Positions 58,332 through 64,000 of a stretch of 64,000 nt of DNA are shown piece by piece. A model generated the notes under the pieces. The model saw only the letters and a program-made list of their open reading frames with translations, was not told where the DNA came from and searched no databases. Origin of the DNA: an uncultured bacterium (GTDB lineage: Bacteria > Chloroflexota > Dormibacteria > Aeolococcales > Aeolococcaceae). Numbering within the stretch: position 1 is the stretch's first letter; each line of letters opens with the position of its first letter. Both the position numbers and the translations under genes were made by a program. The DNA is taken from positions 46,860-110,859 of the forward strand of contig CAVQTJ010000004.1 in assembly GCA_963716555.1 (NCBI GenBank), read 5' to 3'.

Positions 58332-58457
58332 TCAGTGCGCCGAGAAGTTTGCCCAGGTCCAGTTGTCGAGCAGCAGGATGACCACGACGAAGGCTAGCAC
58401 GACCACGAACATGGACAGGGTGCCGATCAGGTTGCGGGCGAAGCTGCGCCGTCTCAT
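58332..58457 (-). CDS. 41-aa single-TM micro-protein
   Basis: MRRRSFARNLIGTLSMFVVVLAFVVVILLLDNWTWANFSAH. ATGA overlap with the cytochrome c stop at 58454-58457. Confidence 0.45.
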   Translation of the reverse strand: MRRRSFARNLIGTLSMFVVVLAFVVVILLLDNWTWANFSAH

Positions 58458-59558
58458 GGCAGGGTGTCGTACTGCTCCCACTGCCGGATGAACTGAATCA
58501 GGATGTTGATCTGGGTCTCGCTGAGAATGCGCGTCTGGTTGACGACGCCGCCTGGGCCGGGCGGGTCGGCGGACTCGCTGTAGCCGGGAGCGATCGACCC
58601 CCAATTGGGCATGATGCTGCCGTAGTGCTCGAACCCGGTCATCCCGTACTCGATGCACCGGTAGTAGAAGTCCTGGTTGTAGAAGCCGAGCTCATCCTGG
58701 TTGTTGAGCGGGGGCCCGATGTTGCCCTGTCCGACATTGCCATGGCACCGGGCGCAGTTCTCGGCGTAGAGCTCGGCCCCCTGCTGCCACGAGTAGACCG
58801 GGTTGATCACCAGGTTCTCGTGAGCGCTCGAACTCGGTGAGCGCGAGTCGGTTGCCGTTGTGACAGATGATGCAGCCCGTTTCCAGGAGGGTCTCCTGGC
58901 CGCTCAGCCCGGAGTTGGCGGTGGAGGTCGGGTCGACGTTGGTGGAAAGGAATCCACCGCTCAGGATTGAGGTGCCGGTGGTCGGGTCGATGACGCTGCC
59001 GTTGGGCCCGTCCTGATCATAGGCTACGCAGATGTTGTCCTTGGGGCAGTCCTTCTGGTCCTCGACGATCATGGTGGGGTGAGCTGAGACGCACTGCCCG
59101 GTCGAGGGGTCGTAGGTGGACTTGAGCCCGTACTGCGAGGCTATCTGCTCAGCCTGCGTGTACGGCTGAGAGGTGAAGAAGTCGCAGGCGATCCGCTCGG
59201 CAGCCTGCTGGGGGCTGAGCTCCTCGATGTTGGGGACGTGGCAGGAGATGCAGCGCTCGACCTTGTAGACCCCACCCTCGAAGCTGCCGTCAATGTCGGG
59301 GAAGAGCTGCTGGATCCCGACGTTGAAACTCTCGTTGGAGTTGGCAGCGTTGCTGTGGTACTCCGCCGCATACGCCTCCTGGATGGCGACGTACGAACGG
59401 GCCTGGGTGTCTCGGATCACCGCGATCCCGATCACCACCAGGACCAGCGCCGAGAGAGCCAGGAAGAGCGCGTTGAGCCGACCGCGAAGCGCCAGCACGA
59501 TGGCGACGATCGCCATCACCCCGAGGATGCTGCCGACGATGACGGAGGTGATGTCCAT
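58454..59558 (-). CDS. Membrane-anchored triheme cytochrome c, frame disrupted near 58820-58826
   Basis: Two N-terminal TM helices. CISCH and CIICH lie in ORF 58692..59558, and CARCH in ORF 58454..58810. The junction reads FERS(H)ENLVINPVY. Confidence 0.8.
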
Positions 59559-59559
59559 C

Positions 59560-60180
59560 TCAGTAAGGCGATTGGAGGCCCGGGTAGCCGAAGATCTGGG
59601 TCCAGTTCCAGTTGAAGCCGAGGCCGCGGAACAGCTGGCCGGCGAGCACGAATGCCACCGCCATACAGATGTAGACGGTGAACATGACGATGGCGACCTT
59701 GCGGTCCTGCGGCCGCCGGCTGGGGTTGCGGTCCAGGTAGGGGGTCGCGATCATCCCGATGATCACGAAGGTGGGGAACATGACCCCGGCCATCACCGGC
59801 GGGAAGTGCTCGAGCAGCTCCTGCAGCCCAACGAAGTACCAGGGCGCCTTGGCCGGGTTCGGGGTGATCGCGGGATTGGCGATCTGCAGGAGCGGGGCGT
59901 TGACCTGCACCGACACCGCGATCAGGAAGATGAGACACGCCAGGCCGGCCAGGAACTCCTTCCACACCAGGGTGGGGAAGGTGACCACGGTCTCCTCCTC
60001 CTCCACCCGGCGCACGACCAGCGGCGTGACCGCCAGCTCGGGGCCGCTGACGCGGGCTCGGAGGGCGGCTCCGTCGGTGCGCAGCCTGGCCTCCACGGCG
60101 GCGCGCGCGCGCTGCTCCCCGTCGCCATCCGGGGTGGAGGGACCGCTTCCCGGGCCCTGCGGCCCGGTGACCGTTGCCAT
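59560..60180 (-). CDS. Cytochrome b C-terminal half (subunit IV / PetD-like)
   Basis: The last 206 codons of ORF 59560..61056, starting at the ATG at 60180. PNPAKAPWYFVGLQELLEHFP is present, followed by TM helices. Confidence 0.8.
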   Translation of the reverse strand: MATVTGPQGPGSGPSTPDGDGEQRARAAVEARLRTDGAALRARVSGPELAVTPLVVRRVEEEETVVTFPTLVWKEFLAGLACLIFLIAVSVQVNAPLLQIANPAITPNPAKAPWYFVGLQELLEHFPPVMAGVMFPTFVIIGMIATPYLDRNPSRRPQDRKVAIVMFTVYICMAVAFVLAGQLFRGLGFNWNWTQIFGYPGLQSPY

Positions 60181-60181
60181 C

Positions 60182-60199
60182 AGTGTCCCGCCTCGGAGG
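60182..60199. repeat. Arm 1 of an 18-bp inverted repeat flanking the cytochrome b spacer
   Basis: AGTGTCCCGCCTCGGAGG matches the reverse complement of 60361-60378 at 17 of 18 positions. Confidence 0.85.
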
Positions 60200-60360
60200 G
60201 TAGTCGAGCAGATCGTGGCAGGCTCCCAAAGGGGGCCGATCCGGGCGCCGAGGCCAAGGAGGGGGTCGCACGAGGAGAAGCGCACTTGAGGTGCGCGACG
60301 ACGCAGTGCCGGGCCCGCTGAGGCCGGCGTCGGCGCCCAGAGCCGGGATATGCCGAGGAA

Positions 60361-60378
60361 CCTCCGAGGCTGGACACT
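60361..60378. repeat. Arm 2 of the 18-bp inverted repeat
   Basis: CCTCCGAGGCTGGACACT. It abuts the stop codon of the cytochrome b N-terminal gene. Confidence 0.85.
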
Positions 60379-61115
60379 TATAACCCGCCCGTGAACCCGT
60401 CTTTGCGGACGCGCCAAAAGTGTATGACCATCAGCACGAATCCCACCAGGGGTAAGGCGATCACATGTAAGACATAGAACCGGATCAGCGCTCCCTGGGA
60501 CACCGTGGTGCCGCCCAGAAGGATGTAACGGGTGAAGGGGCCGACGATGGGTGCGTACTTGGCCATGTTGGTGCCCACCGTGATCGCCCAGATCGCCAGC
60601 TGGTCCCAGGGGAGCAGATACCCGGAGAAGGAGAGGAGCAGGGTGATCAGGAGCAGCACCGTCCCGATCGCCCAGTTGAACTCCCGGGGCGGCTTGTAGG
60701 CGCCCTGGTAGAAGACCCTTGCCATGTGCAGCCAGACCGTGATCACCATGGCGTCCGCGGCCCACCGATGGATGTTGCGCATCAGCAGGCCGAAGGTGGC
60801 CACGAACTGGAGATCCTGAATGTTCTGGTAGGCCTGGTTCGTCGAGGGGACGTAATAGAACATCAGGAAGAGCCCGCTGACGGTGAGCAGGATGAAGAGG
60901 AAGAAGCTGAGACCGCCCAGGCAGAGGGTGTAGCTGACCCGGATCGCCGAACGCTTGACCCGGACCGGGTGGATGTGGAGGAAGAAGTTGGTGAGCGCGG
61001 TCCGCGCCGCCACCTTGTCGCTCACCGGCAGGCCGTGGCGGAAGATCGAGCCCCACACCTGGCGACCCAGCGCGGTGATCGGGTTCTCGGCCTGACCGCC
61101 GGGCTCAGCGCTCAC
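60378..61115 (-). CDS. qcrB: Cytochrome b N-terminal half (b6-like, four helices, bis-His pairs)
   Basis: [32 protein letters not shown] and [22 protein letters not shown] are present. Confidence 0.9.
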   Translation of the reverse strand: MSAEPGGQAENPITALGRQVWGSIFRHGLPVSDKVAARTALTNFFLHIHPVRVKRSAIRVSYTLCLGGLSFFLFILLTVSGLFLMFYYVPSTNQAYQNIQDLQFVATFGLLMRNIHRWAADAMVITVWLHMARVFYQGAYKPPREFNWAIGTVLLLITLLLSFSGYLLPWDQLAIWAITVGTNMAKYAPIVGPFTRYILLGGTTVSQGALIRFYVLHVIALPLVGFVLMVIHFWRVRKDGFTGGL

Positions 61116-61156
61116 CGCTCCGCCTCACTCATGATCTCCGCTCCCTGGTTGGCCGG

Positions 61157-61841
61157 CTACACACCGACGGTGAGTCCGTTGTTCTTGCCGGTTTTGGGAT
61201 CCAGGCGCCACAGCACCGGGGTGGTCTGGCCGGGGCTCCTGTAGGCCACCAGCTTGCTGGTGTCAACGAAGAAGTATCCGTCAGTCGTGGTCTCGATGGA
61301 TACCCAGTCCATCGGTCGGGGCGCCGGCCCGTAGAAGTTGGTCGAGTTCGATGAAGTAGCGCGAGCCGTGGCACGGGCAGATGAAGCCGTTGGATGTCGC
61401 CGCCACCGGCGTGGCCCCGGGCTTGAGGTCGCGGCTGCCCCTCTGGCCGTAGGTGAGCGCGCGCTTGTCGACCGAAGCCCCCAGCGAGGGGGCGAGGTTG
61501 ACCCCCACGTCGGTGGAGTAGTTGGGGGTGCAGCCGAGATGGGTGCAGATGTCGAGCATGGCGTAGACCCCGGCATTGTCGAGGATGACGATGACGCGGT
61601 GGGTGTAGTCGGCCTGAACGGGGGTCGCCGGGGTGAGGGCGGTGATCGGGAAGGTGGTCTTGAACTGGGGGGGCAGCTGGTTGGGGGCCAGCGCGAAGAG
61701 GTACTTGGTCACCTCGATGCTGCCGACCAGGGTCGCTCCCAGAGCCGCCAAACTGCCCATCAGCAACAGGAAGTGGCGCCGGGTCATGTCGACCAGGCGA
61801 TGCTGCCGGGCGGTGCGGGTCTCGAAGGGGCTAAGCGCCAT
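61157..61841 (-). CDS. qcrA: Rieske [2Fe-2S] subunit with Tat signal, frame disrupted near 61338-61343
   Basis: RRHFLL, CTHLGC and CPCHGSRY (ORF 61281..61841). NFYGPAPRPMDW continues in ORF 61157..61576. Confidence 0.85.
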
Positions 61842-61877
61842 GGCTCAGCCACACTGGAGAGCGCATCCCATCCCGTC

Positions 61878-62015
61878 TCATGTGAAGGGGGTGGCGGCCG
61901 GCGGGGTGATGAAGTCGGCGAACGCGATCGACGCGATCATGAGGATGAGGAAGCCGACGATGATGCACAGGCACCCGAAGTCGTTTCGCAGGCTGAGGAT
62001 GAAGCGTTCGAGCAT
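61878..62015 (-). CDS. 45-aa single-TM micro-protein
   Basis: MLERFILSLRNDFGCLCIIVGFLILMIASIAFADFITPPAATPFT. It lies 36 nt upstream of the Rieske start. The SD is weak. Confidence 0.3.
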   Translation of the reverse strand: MLERFILSLRNDFGCLCIIVGFLILMIASIAFADFITPPAATPFT

Positions 62016-62108
62016 CTGGTATGACGGCGGCTGGACCTCGCCAAGGGAAGCGCCCGAAGCATACGACGGACCGGGGAGTTGACGTCGCCACCAACTCTGG
62101 CCGCCCCC

Positions 62109-62573
62109 TCAACGGTCGGAGAAGCTGAGGATGGCCGCCGGGTTCAGCAGCGCGAAGCGGCGCTGGACGGCGTGGGTCTCGCTGGAGAGCGCGGTGACCC
62201 AGAGCGCCGAGACGTTGGTGAGGGGAAGGAAGTCGGCGGGGTGAGCCTCCAGGTGGTCGCGGAGCGTCTGCCCGGGGTCGAGGTGGATGTCCCCAACCAG
62301 GGTGAAGGCGATGGTGTTGAAGGCTGCCTGGTGGGCGAGCTTGTAGCGGCGCTGTCCCCTGCTGGAGGCCTCGGGCGGCTCGTCCAGCGGGCAGAGCAGG
62401 ATCACCGCCGACTTGGTGATGGTGGTGTGGGGCTCGACCCGGCTCAGGACCGGGTAGTTGACGGAGAGCGGCTCAGCCCGGGTGTTGCGCAGCGACAGGA
62501 AGCGATCCGGGTGATTGACGCTATCGCTGAGACGGTCCGGCTTGACCACCTCCATCTCGCCGGTGAGCTTCAT
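62109..62573 (-). CDS. Hypothetical soluble domain (PDRLSDSVNHPDRFLSLRN motif)
   Basis: C-terminal part of ORF 62109..63188. The first ATG is at 62573, but the domain seems to begin upstream (AQVELYATF) where no start codon exists. Confidence 0.45.
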   Translation of the reverse strand: MKLTGEMEVVKPDRLSDSVNHPDRFLSLRNTRAEPLSVNYPVLSRVEPHTTITKSAVILLCPLDEPPEASSRGQRRYKLAHQAAFNTIAFTLVGDIHLDPGQTLRDHLEAHPADFLPLTNVSALWVTALSSETHAVQRRFALLNPAAILSFSDR

Positions 62574-62625
62574 GAAGGTGGCGTAGAGCTCGACCTGCGC
62601 CCACCCGCTGATTGCCGTCTCTCCC

Positions 62626-63052
62626 TCAGACTGCGGGGACGGAGGCCCGCTGCCAGATCCGCCGTTGCCGGCCACCGCGGACGACCCCGACCGCGGTGCA
62701 GGCGGCCCCGACCACGAAAAACACGAAGCTGATCTCGACCTTGTCGAATCGCCACGCGAGGTTGAACGGAGCGAATGGGAAGAGGTGGGACAGGGTGGGG
62801 TCGTCCACGAACGACTTCTCCGCAGGAGATGCCCAGACCCCCAGGGCGATGATCGATACCATGAAGCAGACGGCGGCCGCGAAGTGCCAGACCGCAGCGG
62901 TCCGGACCCGCCCGTGCCGCGGCCGGCTGGCTCATGAAGAAGAGGGCCAGCACTCCCGCCTCGGCGGTGACGTAGGCTCCGAAGAAGAGGAAGCTGAGCA
63001 GCAGGGAGATCGGCTCCGGCCAGGTCATGCCGGTCAGGCCGTTGACTTCCAT
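62626..63052 (-). pseudogene. Membrane protein segments in two frames, possibly the N-terminus of the 62109 gene
   Basis: MEVNGLTGMTWPEPISLLLSFLFFGAYVTAEAGVLALFF, then after a shift near 62905-62925 RTAAVWHFAAAVCFMVSIIALGVW...VFFVVGAACTAVGVV. A Gly/Ser linker continues into the 62109 frame after a shift near 62650. Confidence 0.35.
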
Positions 63053-63169
63053 CGGTCGGCGATGGTACCTCGGTCGGCGGCGACCTCGGGCCTCCGACCG
63101 TAACCGGCTGAGCGCCAGGGCGCTTCTGGTCGGACAGCCACCCGGGTGTGGACCGCTCGGCCGACGATA

Positions 63170-64000
63170 ATGAGCAGTTCTGTGACACTTCCCGCCGCGC
63201 TGGGATCCACCGAGTCCGCCGCAGGGCAGCGCCGGGCGGGGATCCTGGCCGTCGCCGCCCACCTCCCCGAGGCCGTGCTCACCAACGGCGACCTCGAGGC
63301 CCTGGTCGACACCTCGGACACGTGGATCCTGGAGCGGACCGGGATCCGCCTCCGTCACCGGGCGGGAGCCGGCGAGACCACCTCGGAGATGGCTGCGATC
63401 GCAGCCCGCCGAGTTCTCGAGAAGTGGGGAGGCGAACCCCGGATGCCCTGGTGGTGGCCACGGTGACCCCTGACACACTCTTCCCCTCGGCGGCATGCCT
63501 GGTCCAGCGCAAGCTGGGCCTGCACGGCGTCCCGGCCTTTGACCTCAACGCCGCCTGCAGCGGCTTCATCTACGGACTCACCGTCAGCGAGGGGCTGATC
63601 CGCTCGGGCGTCGCCGACAACGTCCTCCTGGTCGCCGCCGAGTTGATGACCTCCCTGGTGGACTTCGGCGACCGTTCCACCTGCGTGCTCTTCGGCGACG
63701 GCGCCGGGGCCGTGCTGATCGGCGCCGTCTCCGAGGGGGGCATCGCCGGGCGGCGCTGGGGCGCCGAGGGCGATGACGGCCACCTGATCTACTACGGTCC
63801 CAAGCCGGATGATCCGGAGAGCCCAGACCGGATCCGGATGGCGGGCAAGGGCACCTTCCGCATGGCGGTCGAACGCTTCTGCGAGGTGACCACCCAGGTC
63901 TGCGCCGACGCCGGCTGGGATCCGGCAGGGATCGACCACTTCGTCCCCCACCAGGCCAACCAGCGGATCATCGAGGCCACCGCCAAGCGCCTGGGCCTGC
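63170..64000 (+). CDS. fabH: 3-oxoacyl-ACP synthase III, frame disrupted near 63430-63440, 3' end off-window
   Basis: LTNGDLEALVDTSDTWILERTGI (ORF 63146..63466), then in the -1 frame DALVVATVTPD..FDLNAACSGFIYGL..FGDGAGA..HFVPHQANQRII. Confidence 0.85.

Overview
This is a 64 kb, very GC-rich bacterial chromosomal segment. By eye it looks like an actinobacterial or Chloroflexi-like soil lineage, but the taxon cannot be fixed from sequence alone. All domain names come from motif recognition in the supplied translations; no database search was run.

Layout, left to right:
- 1-5.3 kb: housekeeping genes (DegV, AidB-type acyl-CoA dehydrogenase, reductases).
- About 5.3-17.6 kb: a tRNA-Thr(CGU) followed by a frame-disrupted tyrosine integrase, an excisionase and visibly more A/T-rich cargo. 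The cargo includes lipoproteins, a SHOCT protein, a K+ channel, an IS630-type element enclosing a GNAT gene, an HTH gene and a truncated regulator.
- 17.7-22.1 kb: a GH6 cellulase, a LacI-type regulator carrying an IS630 transposase N-terminus in frame, and a stand-alone LigD polymerase domain.
- 22.1-29.1 kb: a zone of truncated or frame-broken genes interleaved with intact ones (DUF1345, mmsA).
- 29.7-41.7 kb: malic enzyme plus two tandem glutamate dehydrogenases, pstS-pstCA(fused)-pstB, LysR-chrA, an esterase and a thioesterase.
- 41.9-46.0 kb: a PspA protein with a C-terminal PspAA-like extension. It converges on a tightly coupled four-gene operon made of an unknown 130-aa protein and three paralogous two-domain YbjQ/DUF74-like proteins. 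This is my best candidate for an undescribed system.
- 46.1-52.3 kb: thiO-thiS-thiG, typA, thiE, birA.
- 52.3-62 kb: one same-strand respiratory supercluster holding Rieske, split cytochrome b, a triheme cytochrome c, several tiny membrane ORFs, ctaC-ctaD-ctaA-ctaB and a cupredoxin.
- 63.2 kb to the end: fabH, running off-window.

At least a dozen genes, including housekeeping genes, change reading frame once. These may be assembly indels rather than true pseudogenes. No CRISPR array or rRNA was seen.
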